Assembly: GCA_041288095.1 (NCBI GenBank) | Contig: JBGGMJ010000067.1 | Location: 1-43,480 of the forward strand | Direction: 5' to 3' | DNA length: 43,480 bases | Source of the DNA: Myxococcota bacterium | Lineage (GTDB): Bacteria > Myxococcota > XYA12-FULL-58-9 > JALHOP01 | Part shown: positions 26,438 through 36,176 of the stretch, one piece after another | Layout of the letters: each line of letters starts with the position of its first letter | Position numbering within the stretch: position 1 is the first letter of the stretch | Program-made: the position numbers and the translations under genes | The notes under the pieces: model-generated | The model's database searches: none | What the model was told of the DNA's origin: nothing | The model's input: the letters and a program-made list of their open reading frames with translations, nothing else

Positions 26438-26719
26438 ATGCAGGTTCGCGCCAAGCCCATGACTGTTCGCTTCACGCTCCACGAAGCCACCAAGCTGCCG
26501 GGCAAAACCAAGGTGCACCGGCCGCGCGATTTCGCCGCATGGAGCGCCCCACGCAATTGCAAGCAGCACCGGAGCGCCTACGTGCTCGGTGGTGGTCCGA
26601 ACGGCGAGAACGGCACCCAGACCTTTTGGATGAACAAGAAGATGGCCGGGGCGTTCGATGGCGCGGTCGACGCGGCGCTGCGTGCCGGCAACTACTACGT
26701 CGTCAACGTCGTCCGCTAG
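26438..26719 (+). CDS. hypothetical protein (93 aa, basic)
   Basis: AAGGGG RBS, high-GC3 codon usage, fills the gap to the convergent gene. Confidence 0.55.
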   Translation: MQVRAKPMTVRFTLHEATKLPGKTKVHRPRDFAAWSAPRNCKQHRSAYVLGGGPNGENGTQTFWMNKKMAGAFDGAVDAALRAGNYYVVNVVR

Positions 26720-26720
26720 C

Positions 26721-27536
26721 TCAGTCGTTCGGTGCCTGCGTGAGGTCACGCCCGTAGTTCCGCACCGACAGGTCCGTGAGCTCGCCGCTCGCGCGCATGT
26801 CCGCTAACGCGCCGTTAACCGCGTCCAAGAGGTCCTCGTCGTCGACCGTGGGACCGCGATCCGTCGCAACGGCCAGCTGCTCCGCAAACGAGGCACGCTC
26901 GAAGCGCGCAATGCCGGCGCCGGCGTCGTCGATGGTGGTTTGCGACGACATCATCACCTGGGCAACCGACGGCGTCTCGAGCAGCGCCGCTATGCAATCC
27001 GTGTCGGTGTCCATGATGATGAGCCCCATGGCCGGTGGCGGTGCCTCGTAGATGCTCGACGCCGACAGGCTCAAGCGGCCCGAGAGATAGTCTTCGTAGG
27101 TCGTGCCCGAGGCGACGCAGATGGTGCGGCCGGCGAGCTGCGCCGAGCTGGTGAGGCCACTGCCGGCGATGGCTCCAAAATATGCCGGCACGTAGTAGTA
27201 CGGCGTCGAGAAGTTGAGCACCGAGAGACGCTGGTTGGTGATCGTGACCGAGCCGACGGAGAGGTCCCAAGCCTCTTGCCAGCCACCGGCGATGACGTCG
27301 TCGAAGGGCGGCGTGACGAACGTGACCTGCACACCGAGGTGGTCGCCGATGGCGCGCGCGACGTCGATGTCGAAGCCGTACCACTCACCGTCGATGAGCT
27401 CGGACTGCGGTGGATACGCGGCGTCGGTCGAGACGCGCAGCTCGCCGCGCGAGAGGACGTCGGCAAGCACGCCGAAGGGCCTCTCCTCGGCACAGCCACC
27501 CACGAGCACCGTAAGAACGACGATCAGTCGCCGCAT
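26721..27536 (-). CDS. polar amino-acid type (family 3) substrate-binding lipoprotein
   Basis: Lipobox LVGGC; LRVSTDAAYPPQS, GFDIDVARAI, WDLSVGSVTITNQR, NFSTPYY, VNGALADMRASGEL. Confidence 0.88.
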   Translation of the reverse strand: MRRLIVVLTVLVGGCAEERPFGVLADVLSRGELRVSTDAAYPPQSELIDGEWYGFDIDVARAIGDHLGVQVTFVTPPFDDVIAGGWQEAWDLSVGSVTITNQRLSVLNFSTPYYYVPAYFGAIAGSGLTSSAQLAGRTICVASGTTYEDYLSGRLSLSASSIYEAPPPAMGLIIMDTDTDCIAALLETPSVAQVMMSSQTTIDDAGAGIARFERASFAEQLAVATDRGPTVDDEDLLDAVNGALADMRASGELTDLSVRNYGRDLTQAPND

Positions 27537-28885
27537 GGTCCCTCACTCACGCAGTCGAAGACGTCGGTCTCGACGAAGCCGTTGTTTTGCACCTCGAAGA
27601 CGGTAACGCGATCGCGGACGTTGCCTTCCCCGTCATAGTCGATGGGCCCGGAAGCGCCCGTGTAGTCGATAGCCATGCCCGCGGCGATGGCGAAGACGGC
27701 GGAGCGTAGCCCGTCCTCTCCAGCGCCGACGGGCACGGCCCCGACAGACCGACTGCTGGTACGCCCCATTGCATTATGCATCGTACCGGCCTCGGTCTCG
27801 GTTATTAGCGCCGCGAGCATGAGCGTCACGGCGTTGTCGTAATAGGTGCTGGCAAGCGCAGGCGGCGCGAAGCCGTAGGCGCGGGTGAAGTCTTTCGCGA
27901 AGACGTCGCCCGCGGCGCCGTCGGTGCCGATGAAGGAGACACCACGCGCGCCTTGGGCGATGCCTCCGAGCCGATAGAGCGACCCGCTCTGGCGGAAGCG
28001 ATAGAAGTGGAGCACGGGGACCGCCGACGCGGTCGCGTCGTAAGTGGCAACGAACGAAGCGTGATTCGCGGCATGGCTCGCGACGATGATCACGTCGGGC
28101 TCGCCAACGGCCTCCGAGCTGCCGCCGTCGACTGCCTCCGTCGAACCGTCCAGCAAACGCGAGACGTCACGACCGTAGTCGACGCGGTTAGGGTCGCCGG
28201 GACGATGCATGATCTGCTCGACCACGAAGACGCCCGGCCCCACGGCGATCACGTCACCCGCGAGCAGCGCCGCCGCGATGGCGTCGCTTGCCTCGCGGCC
28301 GAACGAGTCGTCGGCCGCGTAGATCGACGCCTTCCGCAGATTGTCGCGGTTGGCGTCGCCGAGCGACGTCGCGACGCGGCCCATGATCACCGCCAAGGAA
28401 TCAATGTCGCCGACGGTGCGGTAAAGCCAATTGCCGGGGTCGCGCCGCACGTCGCGCTCCACCGCGTCGTTGCTCATGAAGCTGGGCGTGGTGAGACGCG
28501 CGCTGGTGCAGCTCGAGCACTGCACCGGCAGCGCCGCCTCACCCGCGTACACCAACGCGAGCGCCGCGCGTGCCGTATCGGTGGTGTCGGTGATGAGCGC
28601 AACCGCGCCCTCGTCGCGCGCCAGCGACCGCGCTTCGTCGGCGGCGGCGCTGGCGATTCCTTGGGAATCACGAACCCGCAGAACGAAGCGCGCCCCGAGG
28701 TTGCTCTCCGCCTCGAGGGCCCCGTTCACCTGCGCGACCGCGAGGTCCATTGCCTGCGTCCAACCAGTGTCCGCTTCGGCGGTCGTCTGATCGATGACGG
28801 CGCCGAGCACGATGCCGTCGCGCAATACGTCGTCGGTGCAAGCCGCGAAGGCCGTGAGCGAGATCAATGTCGTGAAGATGCGCAT
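27524..28885 (-). CDS. LivJ/type-1 periplasmic-binding-fold substrate-binding lipoprotein
   Basis: Lipobox FAAC; IVLGAVIDQT, MDLAVAQVN, RDSQG, YRTVG, YYDNAVTLMLA, IDYTGASGPIDYDGEGN. Confidence 0.8.
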   Translation of the reverse strand: MRIFTTLISLTAFAACTDDVLRDGIVLGAVIDQTTAEADTGWTQAMDLAVAQVNGALEAESNLGARFVLRVRDSQGIASAAADEARSLARDEGAVALITDTTDTARAALALVYAGEAALPVQCSSCTSARLTTPSFMSNDAVERDVRRDPGNWLYRTVGDIDSLAVIMGRVATSLGDANRDNLRKASIYAADDSFGREASDAIAAALLAGDVIAVGPGVFVVEQIMHRPGDPNRVDYGRDVSRLLDGSTEAVDGGSSEAVGEPDVIIVASHAANHASFVATYDATASAVPVLHFYRFRQSGSLYRLGGIAQGARGVSFIGTDGAAGDVFAKDFTRAYGFAPPALASTYYDNAVTLMLAALITETEAGTMHNAMGRTSSRSVGAVPVGAGEDGLRSAVFAIAAGMAIDYTGASGPIDYDGEGNVRDRVTVFEVQNNGFVETDVFDCVSEGPCGD

Positions 28886-28897
28886 CGCGTTTCGCCC

Positions 28898-31108
28898 CTA
28901 GAAGGTCTGCGCCAAGCGCAGAAAGAGCTGCCGGCCGAGGTTCGGGAGATCGAAGCCACCGTGGCCCGGCTGCATGAAAGCGTTGTCGGTCACATTGTGC
29001 ACGGCGACAGTGAGCTGCGTCGGATGCGCCTCACCGAAGAACGCGAGGTTCATCGAGGTGAGCGCGACATCGACGGTGGCGTAGGGCGCGAGGAGGTAGC
29101 TCTGACGATCATTGAGCAGCGTGTTGCTCGAGGACGAGCCGCGCACACCGACGATGCGCCCGGTGACCGCGAGCGCCGCGAAGACCTCGGGCAAACGCAG
29201 CGTCGAGCCGGCGTAGATGGTGTACGACGGAAACTCAGCGGGCGCGGCGTTGCCGAAGAGACCGTCGGTGTTGCTGTCGTCGTTCGCGAGGAACTGTCCG
29301 CTGAAGCTGGCGAAGGCGAGGAGTCGCGCCGAGCTGACGCGCGCGCCGAGCTCGGCTCCCCAAAAGTCGCGGTCGTCGAGGTTGCGCGCCGCGAAGCTCG
29401 ACGACACCTGTGTGAGCTCGATGGGCCGGTGAAGATCTTGGTAATACAGCGAGCCGTCGACGACGATGCTGTCCGTGACGGCGAGCGTCGTCGCCCACTC
29501 GAGGCTGCGCGCCGATTGCGGCTGGATGGACGGCAGGCCCGGCAAGGCCGTCGAGCCAACGACGTTGTACGCGGAGCCGAAGCCCGGCTGCGCGAACAGT
29601 TGCACGCCCGAAGGGGTCTGGAAGGCGCGACCGGCGACGACCTTGCTGATGAGGTGTGGGCCGAAGGCGTAGGCGAGGCCGGCGCGCCAGCTCACCTGGG
29701 TGTCGAAGCGGTTGGGCTCGTCGACGCGGATATTGCCGAGCACGTAGAGGTTGGGGAGCGCGCCGATCGGGTTCCCGCCCAGCTGCGCGAAGACGCCGAC
29801 ATCGGAGAGCGTACGGTAGCGCGGAGTCGCCACGTCGATGCGGTCGAGCTCGTAGCCCGCCGGTCGCATGAGCAAGGGCACTTCGTAGATCTGCGTGAAG
29901 TAGAGGATGCCTTCGCGGTCGTGCGTGTAGTCGACGCCAACCTTGAGCTCGAGGTCCAAAGGCAGCTTGGTTTCGATGGCCGCGGCGAAGTCGAGCGCGG
30001 TGTACGAGAAGTTGCGACGGTAGCTGAAGTTGACGCTGTCATTGGCGAACAGGATCTCGTCGCTGGTCGGCGCACCGTGGCTCCAGCCGGCGCTCGCGGA
30101 CAGCGTCGTGCTGTCACCGAGTTGCTGCACGTAAGAGAGGCTCGCCCAGTTGTTCGCGACCGCGACCCGGCTCGCGTGCGTGAAGACCGAGCCCGGCTGG
30201 AGCTCGGCGACCGAATCGACTACCTGCCGACCGCCCTGCGCGGAGAGCTCGGTGCCACCGATGCGCAGCTTGCTCGCCGCGAAGAAAGACCGTGGTCGGG
30301 CCACGTCGTCGCGCGTCTCACCGTCGAAGAAGGTGCCGTATGCGGGCAGCTCGGGGTTCTGCGCCGGGAACGTTCTCCGTAGCGACAGCCCAGAACGGTC
30401 GATGCGGTCCGCCGAAGCGGCCACCATGACGTTGAAGCCGTCCATCGCGTAGGACAGTCGCAGGGCTCCGCCATAGCCCCCCCTGCCGTTGATCAGGTGA
30501 CCGCGGCCCGCGACCTCGGCGCCCAGGCCATCACCGGGTTCGCGGGTGATGACGTTGACCGTGGCGAGGAACGCATTCGCGCCATAGAGCGCCGAGAGCG
30601 GACCCTTGGCGATTTCGATGCGCTCCACCGTTTCGATGGGAATGTATTCGGGCCCCAGAAACGCCGTCAGGTCGGGCCGGAAGTTGACCTGGACCCCGTT
30701 GATCATGATGCGGACGATGCGCGACCCGGCGCGTAGGCCGCCGCTGACGCCACGCACGCTCACCGAAGGAATGACCTGGTCGTCGACCACGTACAAACCG
30801 GGAGTGTGCGACAGCACCTCAGCGACGCTCCGCCACCCGTAACGCAAGATGTCCTCGCGCTCCCAGGTGACGATGTTGGCGGGGGTTAGCGCGCGCGATT
30901 GCTCGCGACCCGTGGCGGTGATCACCGGCGCGTTGAGCAGGAGCTCGACGTCCAGCGACGTCGCGCCCTCGATGGGGCCGCGCGGCCCTTCATCCGCCAT
31001 GGCGGTCGCAGCCTGCTGCGCCATGACGGACTCGGCCATAAGCTCGGGACTCGCCGCGCGGGACACGCTCGCGAAGAGCGTACAGCACAGCGCCATGCGG
31101 ATTCGCAT
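28898..31108 (-). CDS. TonB-dependent outer-membrane receptor
   Basis: Signal peptide; plug motifs VITATGREQ, SVAEVLSHTPG, SVRG, ERIEIAKGPLSALYGANAFLATVNVIT; C-terminal GRQLFLRLAQTF. Confidence 0.92.
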   Translation of the reverse strand: MRIRMALCCTLFASVSRAASPELMAESVMAQQAATAMADEGPRGPIEGATSLDVELLLNAPVITATGREQSRALTPANIVTWEREDILRYGWRSVAEVLSHTPGLYVVDDQVIPSVSVRGVSGGLRAGSRIVRIMINGVQVNFRPDLTAFLGPEYIPIETVERIEIAKGPLSALYGANAFLATVNVITREPGDGLGAEVAGRGHLINGRGGYGGALRLSYAMDGFNVMVAASADRIDRSGLSLRRTFPAQNPELPAYGTFFDGETRDDVARPRSFFAASKLRIGGTELSAQGGRQVVDSVAELQPGSVFTHASRVAVANNWASLSYVQQLGDSTTLSASAGWSHGAPTSDEILFANDSVNFSYRRNFSYTALDFAAAIETKLPLDLELKVGVDYTHDREGILYFTQIYEVPLLMRPAGYELDRIDVATPRYRTLSDVGVFAQLGGNPIGALPNLYVLGNIRVDEPNRFDTQVSWRAGLAYAFGPHLISKVVAGRAFQTPSGVQLFAQPGFGSAYNVVGSTALPGLPSIQPQSARSLEWATTLAVTDSIVVDGSLYYQDLHRPIELTQVSSSFAARNLDDRDFWGAELGARVSSARLLAFASFSGQFLANDDSNTDGLFGNAAPAEFPSYTIYAGSTLRLPEVFAALAVTGRIVGVRGSSSSNTLLNDRQSYLLAPYATVDVALTSMNLAFFGEAHPTQLTVAVHNVTDNAFMQPGHGGFDLPNLGRQLFLRLAQTF

Positions 31109-31169
31109 GACGGAACTCCTGGCGCGCCCGCGAGCCCTACCGGCCGAGCGCGACGCAGGAGGTATCGGA

Positions 31170-33104
31170 TCAACCCACGATGGATAAACGCGATCTGGGC
31201 CCTGATGGCGCAGTCTTCGTGGGGCCGGGCTCGCCGAGGTCGTTCAGCACGTGTGCCGGCGACAACCGGACGCGCATGCCGATCTGCCGTCCGTCGTAAA
31301 AGACACGCCCTCCATGACTGGGACCGATCGCTTCAGCGGGCGCTTCTCGCGTGAGCCGCTCGCCGCGCAGGATCTCGGAATACGGCTTGGTGGCGGGCAG
31401 CTCCATGCGCCAACCCGGCCGCCAACGCGCTTTCGCGGGGTCGCCGACGAGCGCACGGAAGCTCGCATGCAAGCGCGCCGAACGCTCGGGATCCAACGGA
31501 ATGCGCCCGTGTGCCCGCGTGTCGACCGCTTGAGCGCACGCGAGGGCCAAAGCCGCGCGCGTCACTTGGATGTATTTCGGAGGAATCGGATCTTCCTCGT
31601 CCGTGAGATTCAACACGAAGCCGCTTTTGGCGAGGTAGATGTCCTTGTCGGCAAAGTGCAAGACACGGTCGCGCTGAGCGCGACGCGCGGCGTGGCCGAG
31701 TGGAACGATCTTTTGATCGAGCTCGCCCCAGATCCATCCGGTGGACGGCAAGACGTATTCACGGTCGGCGAGGAGGTCGGGCAACCCCGCCACGTATGCG
31801 GCTTTGTCGGACACGTCCGTCCGCCACCAGGCGCGCGGCGGCTGCTCGCGGCGCGCCTTGGCGATGGCCTCGAACGCCGCGACCTCGTCGTTCGACGAGG
31901 CGCCGTTCATGACCAGCGCGCGATGCGGCAAGAGGTCGTAGTCGTCGGCGGTCATCGGACGCGCCCCGGTGATCGGTAGGAGCATGTGCGCGCCGCGGAA
32001 AAACGCCTCGCGATCGCGGACGATGGTTACGCCCGGTGGCGGAGCAATGTCGCGCGTGTCGTACGCACGCACCGCGTAGCCGCGACTCGCGAAGTACGCC
32101 GCGGTCGGCCAGCCGAGCTTGCCAAGACCGATGATCGAGACTTCGCGCGGGACGTCGAAGCCGCAGCGGCGCAGATGCGTCCGCTTACGCGTCGTCTCGC
32201 AGTAGAGGGATATGGCGTCGAGCATCATCTCGTTGTCGAGCTTGAGCGGGGCGGTGGCGACATCGATGAGAGCGCAGCGCAGCGCCGGCAGCTTCTCCGC
32301 GCGCCGGATGCCGCGCGTGGTCTGTTCGACCGCGGTGACGCGCGGCAGGAGATCGGGGAACTCACGATGCAGCAGGTCGACGATGTGACCGCCTTCGTCG
32401 AGCACGAGCAGTTTCGCGGGCGCCTCGCCCTTAGCCACCGCGTCGCGATAGCGGACGAGCTCGCCGCGCACCACGCGCTCCATGATTGCGTCGTGATGTT
32501 CGACCGCTGATTGGTCGAGCTGCAAGGCGGGGATACGCACGCCCAGGTCGACCAGCGTCCGCGCCGCGCCGAAGCAGGTCGAATACGACTTGCCGATGAC
32601 CGTCATGTGGCCGTGCGCGAGGCCCTTGGACGCGAGCGCGTCGAGCATGCCCGCCGTGGACGCGAAGAGGTGCTGCACCGCGATCAACGCGTGCCCGGCG
32701 AAGTGGTCGTCGGGGAAGTCCGCCAAGGCCTCGTGCACCAGAGGCATGTCCGGGAGCTTGCTCGGAGCCGCCCGGCGCAGCGAAGCTTCGGGCGAAAAGA
32801 CGAGGAGTGTCTCGTCGAGCGCGCGCTCGCACTGGCGCCGCAGCTCGGGTGAGTCGGCGAAACGCGCGACCTCGCCGCGCGGCATGCCGGCGTGGATTTC
32901 CGGGACCACGAGGCGGAAGAATTCCGGCTCACTCGCGATCATGCGGGCCTCGCGAGGCGGGCGCGAGCTCGAGTACAGCGGCAGCGAATCGAGGGGCGGC
33001 GAAACCCGAACCACGGAGGTCGTCAGGTCGTAGGCGCGGTCCGTGGGCGTCGGCGGCAGGGCGAAGCCGCGAAAACCGACGTGCGCAACGCCGTAGGTGT
33101 CCAT
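31170..33104 (-). CDS. divergent adenosylhomocysteinase-fold NAD-binding enzyme
   Basis: AVQHL, GKSYST, LVLDEGGH, AVEQTTRGIRR, IDVATAPLK, Rossmann IIGLGKLG..YD, NGASSNDEV follow the AdoHcyase motif order. ATG overlaps the Crp stop (TGATG). Confidence 0.6.
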   Translation of the reverse strand: MDTYGVAHVGFRGFALPPTPTDRAYDLTTSVVRVSPPLDSLPLYSSSRPPREARMIASEPEFFRLVVPEIHAGMPRGEVARFADSPELRRQCERALDETLLVFSPEASLRRAAPSKLPDMPLVHEALADFPDDHFAGHALIAVQHLFASTAGMLDALASKGLAHGHMTVIGKSYSTCFGAARTLVDLGVRIPALQLDQSAVEHHDAIMERVVRGELVRYRDAVAKGEAPAKLLVLDEGGHIVDLLHREFPDLLPRVTAVEQTTRGIRRAEKLPALRCALIDVATAPLKLDNEMMLDAISLYCETTRKRTHLRRCGFDVPREVSIIGLGKLGWPTAAYFASRGYAVRAYDTRDIAPPPGVTIVRDREAFFRGAHMLLPITGARPMTADDYDLLPHRALVMNGASSNDEVAAFEAIAKARREQPPRAWWRTDVSDKAAYVAGLPDLLADREYVLPSTGWIWGELDQKIVPLGHAARRAQRDRVLHFADKDIYLAKSGFVLNLTDEEDPIPPKYIQVTRAALALACAQAVDTRAHGRIPLDPERSARLHASFRALVGDPAKARWRPGWRMELPATKPYSEILRGERLTREAPAEAIGPSHGGRVFYDGRQIGMRVRLSPAHVLNDLGEPGPTKTAPSGPRSRLSIVG

Positions 33105-33856
33105 CAGCCGGCTCGCGCGACCCAGGGCTCGTCGCTGGCGCTGACCGCGAGGTTCGGTACATGCGCGCCTGCGTGCTCGAGCAACGCCTCGACCGAGGCG
33201 ACGCAATAGCGACGTTTGACGCGCCACATGAGCTTCGCCGAGTACAAGTCCGCTAAAGCGCGCACGATGCTCCGGCGCCGGCAGTCGCTCTCGCGGGCCA
33301 GGATATCCTGCGTGAGCGTGTAGTCGATGAGCACGCCGCCATCCACCGGCCGGCCGAACTGAGACGCGTAGGCGGCGATGGTGGCGATGATGCGGGCCAT
33401 CGCCGACCCGGCGGCTTGCTCGTATTGGATGGCGACGCCGAACTGGCGCGCCACCTCGAGGTATTGGCGGAAAGAGAGCTGCGCGTCGTTGCGCAAGAGC
33501 TCGAAGTAGCGCTCGACCGGCGTGACCAATATCTGGCTGCGTACCAGCGCCTGGACATTTTCGTTCCAGGTGGTTTGGAGCACGCACTCGGCGTCGCCGA
33601 AGCTCGCGGGCGCGCCGAAGAGCTTCACGGTCAGGGCGCCACGCGCCTTGGTCGGCGGGTAGAAGACGCGTACCGCGCCGTCGAGGAGCAAGTGGATGTG
33701 TTTGGCTGGCTCTCCCGCCCGCACCACCATCGCGCCAGCTGGGCAATCGATGAGCGTCGAGCGGCGCAACAAAGCGCGGACGTCGTTTTCGTCGGCGCCT
33801 CGCCAGATCGGATGTTGCAGCACGCGTCGCTGCAGAACGGAGGAGCCTTCCGCCAT
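33104..33856 (-). CDS. Crp/Fnr family transcriptional regulator
   Basis: cNMP-binding-fold segment VVRAGEPAKHIHLLLDGAVRV...SFGD; C-terminal HTH LTQDILARESDCRRRSIVRALADL. Confidence 0.85.
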   Translation of the reverse strand: MAEGSSVLQRRVLQHPIWRGADENDVRALLRRSTLIDCPAGAMVVRAGEPAKHIHLLLDGAVRVFYPPTKARGALTVKLFGAPASFGDAECVLQTTWNENVQALVRSQILVTPVERYFELLRNDAQLSFRQYLEVARQFGVAIQYEQAAGSAMARIIATIAAYASQFGRPVDGGVLIDYTLTQDILARESDCRRRSIVRALADLYSAKLMWRVKRRYCVASVEALLEHAGAHVPNLAVSASDEPWVARAG

Positions 33857-33892
33857 GGTCCTAGCTTTTCGGTCAGCCGGGATGACGAGTTG

Positions 33893-36106
33893 TCAGGTGG
33901 GGAGTGACGCTCTGGCTCTCGCTATCAGTTTGAGAACGTTGACCAATTGAGCGGGCGTCGCGAGCCGGTAAGGCGCCAGGGTAACGGCGCGCCCGATCTT
34001 CACGGCGTACGCGGAGGCCGGCAGAGTCGCGAACAGATCCTCGTCGGTGCGGTCGTCACCCGCGGCGAAGAGGAAATCGAGCTCGCCGAACCGCTGCATC
34101 ACCGTCTTCAGTGCTCGACCCTTGTTCACGCCCAGCGGCCGGATCTCGATGACCTTGTGCCCGCGCACCACTTCGAGCGGTGATTTCGCGAAGGCCTCGT
34201 TGAGGTGGTTCACGAGCTCGCGCGCCTGCCAGCTCCCGAAGCCCGGCTCGACGTTGCGATAGTGCCAGGCGAGGCTCGCCGACTTCCGCTCGACGAACGA
34301 GCCCTTCGAGCGCAGCACGAAATCATCGAGAATGGCCCGCACCGCGTCGCGCCAACCGAGATCGAGATCCGGGAAGAGATGCTCCCAGGTCGTTGCTCCG
34401 GCCGCGCGGTACGACAAGCCGTGCTCGGCGATGAGGTGCACCGGCACGCCGGCGAAGAAATCACCGAGCGATTGATGCTCGCGGCCGCTCACCACGACGA
34501 CGTCGAGCCCGCGGTTCGAAGCGAGTGCCGAGAGTACTTCGATGAGGCGAGGGGTCGGCCGTGCTTCCTCGGGTGTGCGCGCCAGCTCGACGAGGGTGCC
34601 GTCGTAGTCGAGCGCCAAGAGCGCGTGCCGTGCCTTGGCGCAGCGCTCGACGCAGCCGCGCACCCACTCGCGCGACACTTCGGTCCTTGCCTCGCTCGCC
34701 CCGGCGAGAAAGTCATTGAGCTCGTTGGTGGCGGCGTCGAAAGCGGCGAGAAAGCGCCGGACCCACCAGTGAACGTCCGACGTCGCGACGCGATGGCGCA
34801 ATGCTTTCATGCGCAGCGCGGCTTCATCGGGCGCCATGGTGAGCGCGCGCTCGATGACGGCGGCGGTCCCTTCGACGTCCCAGGGGTTGTGCAGCAGTGC
34901 CTCGCCGAAGCCCGATGCCGCGCCCGCGAACTCGGAGAGCACCGCGACACCGCTGTCGTCGAGTCGCGAAGCAACGTACTCCTTGACGACGAGGTTCATG
35001 CCGTCGCGCACGGGTGTCACCAGCATGACGTCGGCCACGAGATACAGCGCCGACAGCTCCTCGGGGGTGACGGAGCGATGAAGATAGTGCACCGGCACCA
35101 TGCCGTTCTGCTCGAGCGCGCCGTTGGCGGCGCCGACCAGCCCCTCGACCTCTTCGCGCAGCGACTTGTACGCCTCGATGCCGTCGCGTGACGGCACCGC
35201 GAGCTGCACCAGCACGACCTTGTCGCGGAGCGCGGGCCGCGTTTCGAGCAAACGGCGGAAGGCGCGGATCTTGAGTGGAATGCCCTTGGTGTAATCGAGT
35301 CGGTCGACGCCGAGGACAATCTTGCGTTGGCGAAACTCCTTGCGCAGCTCGGTGACTCTCTGGGCGCGCTCTGGAGTGCTCGCGAGCTGTTGATGCAACG
35401 AGACGTCGACACCGAGGGGAAAGACGCCGATGCGCGACGGCTGTCCGCTTTCGCGGGTACCGTCGTCGTTGAACTCGAGGCCGATGATGCGGCGGAAGCT
35501 CGATACCAGATGGCGCGCGAAGTTGTACGTGTGCACGCCGATGAGGTTCGCGCCGGCGAGCCCGCGCAAGATCTCCTCGCGGCGCGGCAACATGCGGATC
35601 ACCTCGGACGAGGGGAACGGAATGTGCAGGAAGAAGGCGATCGGTACTTCCGGCAAACGTTCACGCAACAGCGCCGGCAAGAGCATCAGGTGATAGTCGT
35701 GCACCCAGATGCGGTCGCCAGGCCGTACGCGCGCGGCGATCACTTCGGCGAAGCGCTCGTTGACGCGACGATAAGCTTCGAAGTCCTCCGCGTCGAAGGC
35801 GACGTGATTCAGCAGGTAATGGAACAGCGGCCAGAGAACGTTGTTCGAGTAGCCTTCGTAATGACGCTTGGCTTCGTCGGCGTCCACCTCGACGGCGACC
35901 AGGCGTTGCTTGGCGAGCTCGGCCTGGACGTCCTCGGAAAGCGGACCACCGCCGAGGCTGCCGATCCACTCGCCTTCACCAGCGTCATGGACCGGGCCGA
36001 GACCCGCGATGAGGCCGCCGCTGCTGCGGACGAGCGTCGGCGGACCGCCGTCTTGGTGTTTGATCGACACTGGTAGCCGGTTCGACACCAGCAACAGTCG
36101 ACCCAT
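33893..36106 (-). CDS. otsAB: bifunctional trehalose-6-phosphate synthase/phosphatase (OtsA-OtsB fusion)
   Basis: [58 protein letters not shown] motifs LDYDGTL and AGDDRTDED. Confidence 0.95.
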   Translation of the reverse strand: MGRLLLVSNRLPVSIKHQDGGPPTLVRSSGGLIAGLGPVHDAGEGEWIGSLGGGPLSEDVQAELAKQRLVAVEVDADEAKRHYEGYSNNVLWPLFHYLLNHVAFDAEDFEAYRRVNERFAEVIAARVRPGDRIWVHDYHLMLLPALLRERLPEVPIAFFLHIPFPSSEVIRMLPRREEILRGLAGANLIGVHTYNFARHLVSSFRRIIGLEFNDDGTRESGQPSRIGVFPLGVDVSLHQQLASTPERAQRVTELRKEFRQRKIVLGVDRLDYTKGIPLKIRAFRRLLETRPALRDKVVLVQLAVPSRDGIEAYKSLREEVEGLVGAANGALEQNGMVPVHYLHRSVTPEELSALYLVADVMLVTPVRDGMNLVVKEYVASRLDDSGVAVLSEFAGAASGFGEALLHNPWDVEGTAAVIERALTMAPDEAALRMKALRHRVATSDVHWWVRRFLAAFDAATNELNDFLAGASEARTEVSREWVRGCVERCAKARHALLALDYDGTLVELARTPEEARPTPRLIEVLSALASNRGLDVVVVSGREHQSLGDFFAGVPVHLIAEHGLSYRAAGATTWEHLFPDLDLGWRDAVRAILDDFVLRSKGSFVERKSASLAWHYRNVEPGFGSWQARELVNHLNEAFAKSPLEVVRGHKVIEIRPLGVNKGRALKTVMQRFGELDFLFAAGDDRTDEDLFATLPASAYAVKIGRAVTLAPYRLATPAQLVNVLKLIARARASLPT

Positions 36107-36112
36107 GCGGAA

Positions 36113-36176
36113 CCCCTCCCCTACTCGCAGGCTAACTAGGATTAGCCCGCGAATGCAATTTGGGGAGGGTAGGGGT
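36113..36176. repeat. REP-like palindromic element / long hairpin filling the SDR-otsAB intergenic region
   Basis: Outer arms CCCTCCCC/GGGGAGGG; inner stem on the minus strand (AT)TCGCGGGCTAA-tcctag-TTAGCCTGCGA(GT). Confidence 0.65.

Noticed and set aside
27953-30382. 809-aa plus-strand ORF, and other long antisense or alternate-frame ORFs such as 17907-19721, 9455-10861 and 16552-17898
   Set aside because: They lie opposite or inside well-supported genes, are Arg/Ala/Gly-rich with no motifs, and are the expected shadow ORFs of GC-rich DNA.
33105-33746. N-terminal 214 aa of the 858-aa ORF, suggesting a Crp-enzyme fusion or frameshift
   Set aside because: This part overlaps the Crp gene in another frame and is shadow-like. 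A TGATG stop/start junction at 33104 explains two separate coupled genes.
33866-33893. Minus-strand ACAAC...ACCGAAAA upstream of the Crp gene as a sigma28-like promoter
   Set aside because: Spacing is one base longer and both boxes deviate. Possible, but not supportable without a genome-wide model.
33893-36106. TPS-TPP fusion as a novelty
   Set aside because: Fused trehalose-6-phosphate synthase/phosphatases are already known in several prokaryotic lineages.
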